DNA of 64,000 nt from positions 22,508,001 to 22,572,000 of the forward strand of contig CM052816.1 in the NCBI GenBank assembly GCA_028534125.1, written 5' to 3'. The translations under genes were made by a program, and so were the position numbers. The first letter of the stretch is position 1, and every line of letters begins with the position of its first letter. This document shows, one piece after another, positions 39,601 to 51,609 of this stretch. The stretch comes from Lama glama. Taxonomy: Eukaryota. The notes under the pieces were generated by a model. The model saw nothing but the letters and a program-made list of their open reading frames with translations, was not told the origin of the DNA and searched no databases.

Positions 39601-40440
39601 AAAAGAGAATATCCAAGTGGTCATCGGGGAAATGCAAACTAAACAACCAGAATGGTAAAATGAAAATGAAAGAAAATATCAAAAGTTGGCAATGGTGATG
39701 AGGAACCAGAATTCTCATATACAGGCTGGTGAGAGTGTAAACTGGTACAACCATTGATGGATCATAGTTTTCAAAGTTTAAAAAAATTTTTTATTTTAAT
39801 TTTACTTATTTATTTTTTAACTGAAGTATAGTCAGTTTACAATGTCGTGTCAGGTTCTGGTGTACAGCACCAAAGTTAACCCATGTAGATATACCCTGTG
39901 ATCCTACAACTTCATCCTTTGCTATATACCCCCCCGAAACATACACATAAGGCCAACAAAGGACATGTACTAGAATATTCTTAGCAGCACTAGTCATAAT
40001 ACACCCAATCTGGAAATGTTCATGATACCAAAATGTTCATCGACAAGGAAACAGATTTATTAACTACAGTATTGTATATAATGGCATACCATACAATGAG
40101 AATGAATGAATTACATCTATACATAATACAGATAAATCTCACAAACATAACGTGAATAAAAGAAGTCAAGTGTGAAAGTGTACATACTGTATAAACCCAT
40201 TTCTAACAAGTTAAAATGAAGCAAAACTAGTCTGTAATGTGACAAGTCAAGAGTGATGATTCCCCTTGATGTCAGGGAAAGAGGGCAGGGCAGTGATGCA
40301 AAAGGGACATAGGGCACTTCTGGGTTCAAGCCAGTGTTCCGATTTTTAATCTAGTTGCTAGTAACATGAGTATATTTCCTTTGTAAAAATTCATTAAGCT
40401 GTACACTTATGATTTTTGTTTATTATTTTAATACTTCAAA
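36690..40440 (+). mobile_element. Ancient L1 (L1MC/ME-like) ORF2 and 3'UTR remnants, probably two elements
   Basis: aaacttgtgggatgcaaccaaagcag, ttcactggtgaagtcttccaaacttttaaggaagaa, gcagaaaaagcatctgacaaaattcaaca, attcattaagctgtacacttatga. Confidence 0.85.
39787..39870 (-). mobile_element. Very short L1 3' tail insertion
   Basis: T-rich tract then aactgaagtatagtcagtttacaatgtc...ggtgtacagca. Flanking CAAAGTT at 39772-39778 and 39871-39877. Confidence 0.75.
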
Positions 40441-41744
40441 AAATAGTTTGCATAAGAATAAAGAGTAAGAATTCAGCAACTATGATATCAATTGGGAAGG
40501 AAAAAGTGGCCTTAAAAGATTCTAAGGTCCTTTGATTTTAAAGAGGGTTAAATTACTAACCAATATTACACTAACTCAAGATGGCATGGTATATTCTCTG
40601 AAACCAAAACATTAAATTAGTAATACTAACTTAAAAAAACAACTAAACAAACTTCTGCGGTCATACCCACACTGAGAGAATCAGATCTGACTACAAGAAG
40701 CAACTGTGAAAGGAACTGACAAGCGGCTGTTATCGTTATCACATTCCTGAGGTACACCACAGTGTCCAGCACCTCCACTGCCACAAGCCCTGGGTCCTCT
40801 GTCACGTTTCAGTCCCACAATCAATGCACCGTGGAGCATTTTTCACATATTATTTCCTCTCTAACAAAAATCTTTAACTTCTGCAAGGCTGATATATGAA
40901 GATATGTCAAGATCCTTGGGAAAAATATAATCTTGTGAAAAAAGTGCTGTTTGTTCACCATGAACAGAACATTGCAGACTGCATCATTAAATGTCTGTTG
41001 CATGTTTTTTGTTTGGAGAATTCATCCTCCTAAAACCTTGAACCTCCTGCCTCTTTGCAGGGAAGGGTTTTGTTGCTGTTGTTTTCGTAAATGATGTCTT
41101 CTCTGAACCTTCCTATGACAACACAAAACCAGAAGGTATTAAAGCTCAATACATTCGGCTATTTTGAGCTTCAATATAATACTATATATATAAAATATAC
41201 ATAATACTAAAATCTGCCTGTCCATCTACCTATTTCACACTCTTTATCTTAAGTGAAATAGAGCCAAGCAAGAAACAACTTTAAAAAAATAATGATCCAC
41301 TAAGTAAGTATGTGATTTAGGAATCTGGGAAGATAAGGATGCAGCAAAAAACATAAGATCTACCTTCAAACAGCTAACAGAATGAAGGAAGAGCCAGTGA
41401 AATTAATAGGTAGATTATTAACCAAAACAAAAAGTGCTCTGCTATGGATTCACAGAGGAGAAATTCCCCTGTTTAGGAGGAAATGAAGAGCAAAGCAATT
41501 AAATCTCTTTGATAAGTATTTCAGACAAAATGACAGATTTACTAAATTAATGTAGGTCACAGAAGAGGGGACCCTAATGAGCATTCTAAAATTTAAGTAA
41601 AATGTCAGGTGAAAAAAAATACATTTGCAAGAACAGGCCACTTTTACTATTACATTCAACACTACTGAAAATCTGTTATAAGATGCTTTGATAATTTTTG
41701 GATTTTACAAAAAAAAAGGGTAAAGTTTCTACAAATTTAATTAC

Positions 41745-41995
41745 ATAAACATGCCTACCACCGTGTCAGATACTGAGCTACATATTTAATGTAATTCTCA
41801 TATATAAGATGATCTTTACAAAACCCCTGAAAATGAGGAACTGTTAAAACAGTCTAAAAGATAAGGAAACTGAGATTCGGAAGGTTTAAATTTCTTGCCC
41901 AAGGTCAAACAGCTAGCAATTGGCAGAGGAGGACTTGGACACAGGCTTGTTTGTGTCTAAGATAGTCACCTTTTCATATTACATCACGCAGCTGC
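41745..41995 (-). mobile_element. MIR SINE
   Basis: agataaggaaactgagattcgg...cttgcccaaggtcaaacagctag. Confidence 0.8.
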
Positions 41996-43614
41996 CTAGA
42001 GTTTCTCGACAAAAACACAGACATCATTCATAATAGAAATTAATACATCAGTGACAAACTAGTGAAAGAACAGTTGAGAGATGAGGGAGGTGGTGAAAGA
42101 AACAATCCTGTGTCCTTCGTGTAACTGCCCAGGCATGCAGAAAGCTGGTTCCATTAAGGAGTTAAAATATATAGCTCAGGTAAAGTAAATTAAAAGGTGC
42201 TGTATGAATCAAGTTCAGTTAGATTTGGAGGAAACTGCATGTATTATTCTATACACCTTGGCATGTGTGATCGATGTCAGTTTGAGGCTTTATAGAATAA
42301 AAGTGCTGACAAACAAGGGAATCACTTTATTAATGTGCTGCAGAAGGATAAATGAAGCTTGAGAAACTTTCTTTGCCCTAGACTCAGCACACTGGGAAGG
42401 CTGGCAAAGGTAAACACCAACTTGGGATGATCTATTGCACCTCCTGCACAGTTTTTCAATGGAACTTCCCTTTTAGATTTCCTAGAGAGATTAATTCTCC
42501 ATGTTCACAATTTTAAAATTCTTGGTCTCACTTTGACACATCTCAAAATATCTGTTTAAGTTATCATATTCATTTTTCTAGTCCACAAACCTTCCACTCA
42601 TTCCTTATCCAAAGTCACCTCTCCTGAAAGGCAGACTCATCAGGTGCCCTTCTCAGGACTTCTAGAGAAAATACATGAAGAATTTGTGTATCTTAGGAGG
42701 AACCAATCAATGCTGTCACAGTGGGATTCATGGGCCCTAGGAAATTCCACAAGCCCAACCATTCTCCAACATTATGCTCCTATGATTCTTCTTTGCAATT
42801 AGATATTCATTTCTATATTCTTAGAAGTTTTTTTTTAATTTTTCAAGAGTTCCTTTTCAAAATGCAAACACCAAAAATTGTTATTAAATAAAATGCACCT
42901 GGGAAAAGCTAGGAAAAAGGTAAAGAAGTGATAGGACCTCCAGAAGGAATTCAAAGGTAACCTATACATATTCCTGGATCAATGATAAATGTCCTCTTAA
43001 GCTTTCAAAGTCCTTGTCAGTAAACTTCTCCAACTTTCTCAGATCCCAGGTCACCCTTTCCTTTTTTTGAGAATAGACTTGTTCCTCCAGGCCAGACGAA
43101 ATGGTACCCATTGAGAGGAACTGTTCCAGAGAGAAGAGGTAGGTAGGCAATGAGGTCACACATCTGAAAATAAAGTGTGAAAACCCCACTTGCTGAGCTG
43201 TTTAGGACCTCAGGGCGTCTTTGTGAAAATCATAAAAAGACACTCTCCCTGGGTGGAGAGCACATGGTTTAGCAAAAAGAGAAACAGCTGGATTTCAGCC
43301 CCTATTCCCACCCTTCCCAGGAGCAACTTTGCAGTCCACATGGAAACCGCACAACACCCTAGAAGGTTCTCTAGGACTCCTGTCTTGCTTTACAAAAGAC
43401 TGTTCACATTCCCTGACTAGGCTTTGCCTAGCTGTATGATTAACTAAAATTCTCATCTTTCAGGTTAAGTTTTAAGTGCAAATTTCTGAGGTTAAAATTT
43501 GTTTGATATTTTCTTATGCATTATCTTGCAATTCCCTGAGGAAATGGATGTTTTTTGTTACTCTGTGAGCTTTTGGTTTCATCTGTCTTCTGCTGCACGC
43601 TTTGTATATTTCAA

Positions 43615-43875
43615 ACTAATACACAAATACATTCATACACACCTTGACATGCCTATATCCACTTACCCAGCCACACTCACACCCATATATGCACAGCCAC
43701 ACACACGCATGTGCTTGCACACACATGTATCCACATACTCACCTGGCCACACACTAGTGCACATACATGTAACACTCACACCCATAGGTATTCACCCATA
43801 CTCCTACTCACATACACGCACCCTCACCCACATGCCCATAAAGACATCCACACACTCACAAAGCCACACACAAAC
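43615..43875. repeat. Degenerate (CA)-rich low-complexity tract
   Basis: Interrupted CACA/CATA runs. It explains the H/T-rich ORFs 43499-44026 and 43711-43893. Confidence 0.85.
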
Positions 43876-46803
43876 TTTTCCTCCAAACACTGATGTCTCC
43901 TCCTGCCCACAGAGATTATACGATTACACACCAAACTTCTTCATAAAACGTTTCCTTTCTCACAAAGCTATTCTCTCCAACATCATCCTTGTGCCTAAGA
44001 AATACACTTATGAAAGTCATGAATAGTTTTCTGACTCTTAATCTTTTCTTATGCTTTAGCTTTAATTTGTTAAATCCAAGAATCTGAATGTCTTTAGAAA
44101 CCTCTGAAAAAAGAAACAGTACCTGAAAATGTCCCAAAATGTAAACATTCACCAATATATTTTACCTAAGCATTTCCAACATTGACCAAACAATGTGTTC
44201 AGAAATTGTATTGTTACCCAGAACAATCTTGCTGAGGTTTGAAGGAGGCTAGTGAATAACACTCCTTTTCCCTGCAGGATGTAAGTCAATGGAGAGTCAA
44301 AGTGTTAGGCGGATTTTATTGTAAATGAAACTGGGTTGGAGGGGGTGGCTTTGGAGAACAAAGAGCTTCCTAAAACATCCCTGTCCAGAATTCGATACTC
44401 ACCCACCCATCACTAGCAGCTCTGAATGTGACAGTCCTTCCTCCACACAGTCAAGAGCACACTAGATCTCTCTACAGAGCGACAAATCTGAAGGAGGAAA
44501 GCAACTGGCCAAGCATGCCCTGTTCCTTGTAGCCCAAACTCACCAATGAGAGGAGTCCACTCTCTTCTCATGAGGAGAAGTAAGGGGCACAGAGGGGAAG
44601 GATGTCTTCCACGTGGCAAGAGATGTCAGGAGTTGCCCCCGACCACCCCCAGCTCTTCTCTCGTCTTTACCTTTTAGGCTCAAAGAAGCTTATGTATAAC
44701 CAGGGATGGGAACATCCCCCTCCAGGGAGGGGGCCAGCAGTCTATTAAAATCATCTATTCTCACTTTCTTAAGACCATCTGACTATTTGTTTGTTCTCCT
44801 TGAACCATATTTGAGCAGTAAAATTTTGTTCCCAGAAGACACAGAAATGTGCTAGAATCACATATTAATTAAATCAACCACAGAGCTACTTCGGGATTAA
44901 TGCTGAAAATTTACTCTCTATTCCATTTCTTAAGCCAAATTATTTCCAATCTTGCTGTCTAACAACTGTCTGGTAATAAAATCAAAAGGCATCATAAAGA
45001 GAATCCCATCATAACATAATGAATTGAGATATCCCAAATATAAACAGAAACTTTTTCCCAAAAGAAAGTTGATTCCAATGATTCAAGTCCCAAAGAAGCT
45101 GAAGCTCCAAATTCTTATGTTAGTGTCCAACAAAGCATTATAGATTAAAATCCAAAGAAAGTAAAATTTTACCCCAATTCTTGTACCACTCAACTTCAGT
45201 TAGAGAAATTACTGATGACTGGATAGAACTAGAAACTCCTCTATGTGGTGAACACCTGGTGGTGTCCTTTGGAGCGAGCGGTGATCTTTCAGTGCCCTAG
45301 ACCTTGAGTTAGGTTGCACCGATCTTCTAACATGTTTGACTTTTTGAGGAGTTCAGGAAGTTAATAAAACACAAAAGATTCCTAGCAACTGCAAAACAGC
45401 CACTAACTTAAAAAAAAAGCCAATCCTCAGTACTTAATAAGTCATCCCAGGTACAATTATGTTCTCAGTATCTGGTTATTCTTTTCAGTCTATGACTGTA
45501 GCAGAAACTCAGGGGCTTCTGAGAAAAGCAAGACGGAGATCTTAGCTTCAACTTCATCAAGATAGTTAAGTACGGCAATGACCCTGAATTCACAATTTGT
45601 GAACTTCAATTCAGCTGAGAAAAATCTTCCAGAAAAATCTAATCTGGAAAGAAAATTCACTTTTGCATACTGTCTTATTTATTGGAACAAGGCATTTGAG
45701 ACACCATCCATGCCTTATTGTAAAATTCGAGAAGAGCAATCATGGCTGCCCCATTCATCACTTCTTACTGATGGTGACTTTCTTAACAGATTTATTTTAA
45801 AAAAGCAAAATTAATAAGATGTAGTGAGAAGACAAGTTTAGTTTTGTATCTTAGTATTAGTATAAAATTTGTTCAGTGGGGCTAGCTTTTATCTTGTCTT
45901 TAATTGAAAACTCAGATCCCACGATCATGCTTAGGTATGAGAAACTGTTGGGGTCATTTTAAATATCGAGATTTCAATTTGAAAAGTCCAGTTCAATGGA
46001 ATAAGTCTTCTAGCTTCATTCAAGGCTAAATCCCCCCTCCGGAGCTTTTGGCAGGCAGAAGCAGGAGAATGAAGGTCTATGTCTTCCCTCCCGGCTCCAC
46101 CTTATGATTTGAACCCTTTCTTTCCCAACTTGGTAACTGCAGTTTCTCATCCACCAAGTTCAAATCAGAGCGGAAGGCCAGGGGAATGAGCAGGGAATGC
46201 CCCACGTAACTGGCATTATGGGAAGATAGCTTTACCTAAAAGGAGTTCAAGCTGATCTTTCTCTCTGGGGACTTTGCTTTGGGTATGTGGAGGTCCCCAT
46301 TGCTGCTAATCTCCGGTATGCAGTTCCCTTGACCTGGCTTAATGCATTTTCTGGTGGCCTCTTACTCCCTCCTTGGCCCCTAGGAATTTGGAAATCCAAT
46401 TTCAACTTCTCTGTTTATACCTGTTTACCCCTGTCCAAGCAGAAGTGACCAACTACCTAAGATCGCTCTCCATCCCTTCATCTACCAGGCAGTGATCAAC
46501 ATCTTGTGCAAGGGAGTCCTAGTGCATTCAGGATCATCTTATATTTGAGGATATGTGGGATTTTTTCCTGCTCTTGTGAGTATATTTTTTATTAATTTAA
46601 TCTCCACCTCTATTGCTAAGGCTTTCAAATTAGTGCCTCAGAGCCTGTCCAAGCTGCAAATGCTATGGTCTATCTTTCTGCTGGATATCACCACAATAAA
46701 TCTGCTGCTGTGTACTGCTCTTATCTACATCCCGTTTCAGAATCGTAGATAAAACATGCATAAATCAAACTCGGTCAACTCCAGAGACAGCCATCAAGGC
46801 TAC

Positions 46804-47198
46804 TGTGGCTACCATGAAAATGTGCTATCTGCAGACCTCCAGCTGACCAAGGGCTTGAGCGCTGGGCTCGAATTCTATGGCTGCATTTATACTGATGCAG
46901 CTCTTCCCACAATTTTGCTTTCAACCAATGATTAAGCTGGAGAAGGATGCTAGGACAGGCCTGCTCTCAGAAACACAGGACTCCTCTGACAAACGACGAA
47001 CTCTAGGACTCCCTGATGGTCTTGGGAATTTTTCTTAGACCTCTCTTTCCCCCTCCTTCACTTGGGAAAGACTTGCATTACAGTCTGATGGTTCTCTCAG
47101 CCTCCCTTCCCATTTTCTCTCCCAATCATTTGCTCAAACAAAAGCTTTGCATGCTTAATCACATTCTGGGGTCTGCTTCTCAGGAGATCTGACTAACA
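46804..47198 (+). mobile_element. ERVL LTR (LTR16A-like)
   Basis: TG start, caggactcctctgac motif, and end ttgcatgcttaatc...tctgcttctcaggagatctgactaaca. Confidence 0.7.
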
Positions 47199-47204
47199 AG
47201 CTTC

Positions 47205-47581
47205 TCACTGACACCTCTCTCCCATCTTCCTTTCCTTCTGACCACACGTGAGACTCAGCTTACAGCTGCTCCTTTAGTGGTGTGGTTAGTCTGGTCAATG
47301 AGTTATGAGTGGAAATGCCACGTGCCCCTCCAGGCTGGAATGTTTACTTGCTGGTACAAGGCTCACTTGCACTCTCTTTCCTCTGCCACAACAGCTGGCA
47401 ACTTTCCAGACAGTGGCTGATCTGTCGGCCTGAGTCCCCAGAATGAAGATGTGGAGCAAAAACCCAACCAGGCCAAAATGGGGACGGGAAAACAGGCAGA
47501 AACGAAACTTTGCTATTTCAGTTTACTGAGATTTCAAGGTTAACATTAATGCAGCGTAACCTAGGTTTCCTGACTGATAAA
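47205..47581 (+). mobile_element. MaLR LTR (MLT1I/J-like)
   Basis: tctggtcaatgagttatgagtggaa...ctttcctctgccac...gcctgagtccc...actgagattt...taacctag...cctgactgata. Confidence 0.7.
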
Positions 47582-47594
47582 CTCCCGCTCTCCT

Positions 47595-48094
47595 NNNNNN
47601 NNNNNNNNNNNNNNNNNNNNNNNNNNNNNNNNNNNNNNNNNNNNNNNNNNNNNNNNNNNNNNNNNNNNNNNNNNNNNNNNNNNNNNNNNNNNNNNNNNNN
47701 NNNNNNNNNNNNNNNNNNNNNNNNNNNNNNNNNNNNNNNNNNNNNNNNNNNNNNNNNNNNNNNNNNNNNNNNNNNNNNNNNNNNNNNNNNNNNNNNNNNN
47801 NNNNNNNNNNNNNNNNNNNNNNNNNNNNNNNNNNNNNNNNNNNNNNNNNNNNNNNNNNNNNNNNNNNNNNNNNNNNNNNNNNNNNNNNNNNNNNNNNNNN
47901 NNNNNNNNNNNNNNNNNNNNNNNNNNNNNNNNNNNNNNNNNNNNNNNNNNNNNNNNNNNNNNNNNNNNNNNNNNNNNNNNNNNNNNNNNNNNNNNNNNNN
48001 NNNNNNNNNNNNNNNNNNNNNNNNNNNNNNNNNNNNNNNNNNNNNNNNNNNNNNNNNNNNNNNNNNNNNNNNNNNNNNNNNNNNNNNNNNNNNN
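47595..48094. other. Assembly gap (500 N)
   Basis: Run of N. It creates the apparent long ORFs at 47510-48358. Confidence 1.
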
Positions 48095-48242
48095 TTCTAC
48101 AATTTTGAAATCCCAGTCTATCCCTTCCCACCCTCTACCCCGCCCCCCCCCCCCGGTAACCACAAGTCTGTATTCTCTGTCCATGAGTCCATTTCTGTCC
48201 TGTATTTATGCTTTGTTTTTGTTTGTTTGTTTGTTTTTGGAT
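48095..48242 (-). mobile_element. Young L1 3'UTR fragment adjoining the gap
   Basis: Reverse complement closely matches 10970-11103 of this window (aaacaaacaaac...taaatacaggacagaaat...gactgggatt...aaaattgtagaa). Confidence 0.88.
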
Positions 48243-48954
48243 CTGCTCTTTTTTATTTCCAAAGTAGCTCTCACTGTGGTTCTCATGTTCCCTTGCCAAC
48301 TATGAAACTATATTCATATCTTGTCTCTGACCCTCCATTCACTTATTTCTGCGGCTAATCTTTCTTTTGGCACACTGACATGCCTTCCATACGACACACA
48401 TTAAGCCATTCAACTACTCAGAACTTCCAGTGTTTTGCTATTGCTAATTAAAAATTCAAATTCATTAGTAAAGCTTTCAATACTATGTTCCCAAACTAAT
48501 TTCTCAGTTGTGCCTGGCACTCAGCTTCACAACTGCATGTATTTCAGGCAGCTTCTTCAGTGGAGGATCTGGCTTTCAGGAAAACAGTAATCACAATCTA
48601 GTTTTAAAAAGTTCTACAAGATCTAAGAACTGTAAGTGACCCCATATAAGACTTACAGGATCTGGCCGTCCATGGAGAGAAGTCTCCAAGATTCTTTGCT
48701 TCAAGATTTAAGACAAATAAGATGATAATTTCACTCGTTAAATTAAATTATAAAGCAGCTATAGGAAATCTCTAAATTAGTGATCCCAGGCGCTTCCATC
48801 TTGAAATACCCCAACTGCATGTATTTTCTTTACAAGAACTCCAAAATGGAGTATTTTAAAAAACATCTTTCCTCATTTTGTTCATCAGAGTTCCTAGGAC
48901 TCTGTTTAGGAGGATGGCAACTCATTAAATGTAATAATTACTAACACCCCTTCC

Positions 48955-49600
48955 TTATCATTCAGTCACTCATATATTTAATAAGCACCTAACAGATGCC
49001 AGGGACAATACCTTTTCATATTTGTGTCCCAAGTGAATAGCATCCTGCACAGAATAGTCACTAAACAAACACTAGTTATTGGTAAGCTTTGGGAACACAA
49101 GATCAATTACTCACAATGACCTTCAAATCTTTGGGAGAGACAGTGAAATAAGCACTAAATGGAAACACAAGCATTGTGCTACGAGAGCCTGGAGCAAGGG
49201 AAAAAAAAATGCATTCTAATTGTGAGAATCCAGGAAGGCTTGAAAGAGAATGTTTCATTTGAGCAACGCTTCTATTTTTTACATTAAGGAAAAATAGGGA
49301 AAAGCACTGCAGAGTGAGAAACCAGTGCAGGCAGTATAAAGAGATACAGAACTATCTGACATGACTGGGAAACAGAAAATACATCAGAATGCTAGACTGA
49401 ATACAGAGTGGAGCAATGGGAGATTTAACTAGAGAGGTAACTTGTGGTCATACTATAAAGGGCCTTGAATGCCAAATTAAAAGTGTTTCGACTTAATTTT
49501 TTAGGCAACTGAATGAATACTGTAGTAAAATAGTGTAACCTAATACATTTTAGAAAAGTTAATTCTAATGATAATATCCAGGATTAATAATTTTTTAAAA
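48955..49600 (-). mobile_element. L2 fragments
   Basis: cattcagtcactca...ataagcacctaacagatgccagg and aagggccttgaatgccaaattaa. Confidence 0.55.
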
Positions 49601-50999
49601 AGTTACCTCACAGGAGGCTAAATTTCTTTAATGACAACATGTTCATTTGTTCTTTCACTTAAAGGCACCTGAATATCATTACACTGTGTTCTCCAAGAAG
49701 GTCTCTGAATGGCATTAGAGGAAAGAGTAGATAAGTGCATTGTCATCACATAGTCCTGTTTGGCATGCAATCTGGTTGCCTTTGAGTAAAATATTTTTAT
49801 ATTAGTTAATAATAGCCAAATGATCTTACTTCTATTCAACAGGTTTATGAGTCATTTAAAATGATTAAGGACTAAGAAACCATGAAATTATTCTGGTGGA
49901 TTAAACAGTTCAAGGATAATGACTATTGCTTTATCAACAGTTTTCCCACTGATCTGTCATTCCTACGCTCAGCAATGTTCTCTCAAGGCCAAAGCAATCA
50001 CTTCTGGGTTGGTGAGTATGAGTGCCCTCCATTCTTGGCAGCCTTAGTTTCTTGCTTCACTGTAATAAGTCCAGGTGTTCACAAGGCTATTTTCATGCTT
50101 TCCAGCTTAATATACTGTAGCACTGCAGTGAAGAAGGTCCCTTTCTGATTATAATAATAATTATGCAGTAAGAGTTAATTATGCAATAAGAGTTAATTAT
50201 TAGAACTGCTTTCTGCTCCAAATGTCAAAAGCTGGTTATACCACTTTGCTGCCCCTCGAGACATACAATGAGACAGCACATATTCAAATTTGGCTTTAGT
50301 ATCAAGCTGGTTTAGTTTCATAAGTACAACATACATTTTGTTATGTAGCAACTAAAATACTGCAAACAATTTCAAAAGATAGACTTTATGAACAAAAGCT
50401 CTCTCTCTTGTTCAACGTATCTATAGACAGAAAAAAGAAAATGCCAGCAGGTAAGAGTAATTTACCGTAGTTTCTTAGAAGTGGAACTCATAAAGCACAA
50501 GAAATATTAATTATGTCCAACTCCATAGGAATATGGGTCAGAACTCCACAAAGACACAATAAACCAAAAGCCTCAAAGCCTGTAAGTCTTTCCCACCTTT
50601 ATGACCGTTCTAATAGGTAAGTGTAATGTAAACAAGAACATACCATTTTATAAGAACCACATAGGATCTGAATGAGAAAGCAGCACAAACTAATTCAAAG
50701 CCTCTCAATCAATGTGGCATTTTGTTTAGCAGAGAGGTTAAGGGAGCGTAATTAACTGCTTAATCATTTGGAAAAGGACATGTACTGGAATGAAAGAAAT
50801 TTTGGCAACATTTCAGTAAAAGACACATTAATAATGGCTGTTTCAATGCGTCTTCAGCTAAAGGAATGAGACCGCCTTTTAATACCACATACATTTATTA
50901 TGATTGCATGCAATTCTGTTCTTATGTACCAAAATAAAAGCATTCCTCAGTCTTGCTACATGAACTCATGGAAATTACAGAATAATACATACAAGTTTA

Positions 51000-51395
51000 T
51001 ATCAATAAGTTAGAAAAAAACTAAAGAAAATCATGCATTTTACTGATCAATTTGTAAGGAGAAATGAACATATCCACAGTTACAATAAGACACTTCTCAT
51101 TTCTGAAGGTGAAGCACAATTTTGTCAGTAACTGATAGAACAAGAAAAAAATTAAGAATATAGAATATAAGAATAAGATAAACTTTTTTTTCAAGCACAC
51201 ACAGGACATTTAGAAAAAACACCAAGTGCCAGGTCAGAAGGCATATCTCAACAAATTTCCAAAGATGGAAATCTTACATATTTCATATGTATTCCGACTA
51301 AATTGCAATTAAGTCAGGAATCAAAAAACAAAGAAAGAAAGGTATAATAAAAGAAGGAAAAGAAAAGTATCTATGTTTGGAAATGAAGAAGAAAT
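51000..51395 (+). mobile_element. Old L1 ORF2 endonuclease-region fragment
   Basis: ggagaaatgaacatatccacagttacaat, tctcaacaaatttccaaag, aattgcaattaagtcaggaatc, atgtttggaaat. Confidence 0.65.
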
Positions 51396-51399
51396 GAAC

Positions 51400-51608
51400 T
51401 TCAGACAGCTCCCTTGGCTGGTTTGAAGCCAGTGGGACTTATGGGAGGGCGGCAGGAAACCGAGACTCTACTCTTGAAAACCACATGTGCAGACTTGCTT
51501 CTTCCTGATCCCAGGGCAGAGGCAGCGGACTGAGAACTGCATGGTGCCCTGGCCAGCCTGCCAGGATGCCTCAGCATGCCCCCCAGCCCACACTGGCTCA
51601 GGCTCCAG
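51400..51608 (+). mobile_element. GC-rich fragment resembling an L1 5'UTR
   Basis: ggaaaccgagactctactcttgaa...atcccagggcagaggcagc recalls laurasiatherian L1 5'UTRs (from memory). Confidence 0.45.
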
Positions 51609-51609
51609 T

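Noticed and set aside
43499..44026. 175-aa His/Thr-rich ORF
   Set aside because: It is the translation of a degenerate CA repeat and starts at a non-ATG codon.
47510..48358. Longest ORFs in the track (282, 207 and 202 aa)
   Set aside because: They are open only because of the 500-N gap.
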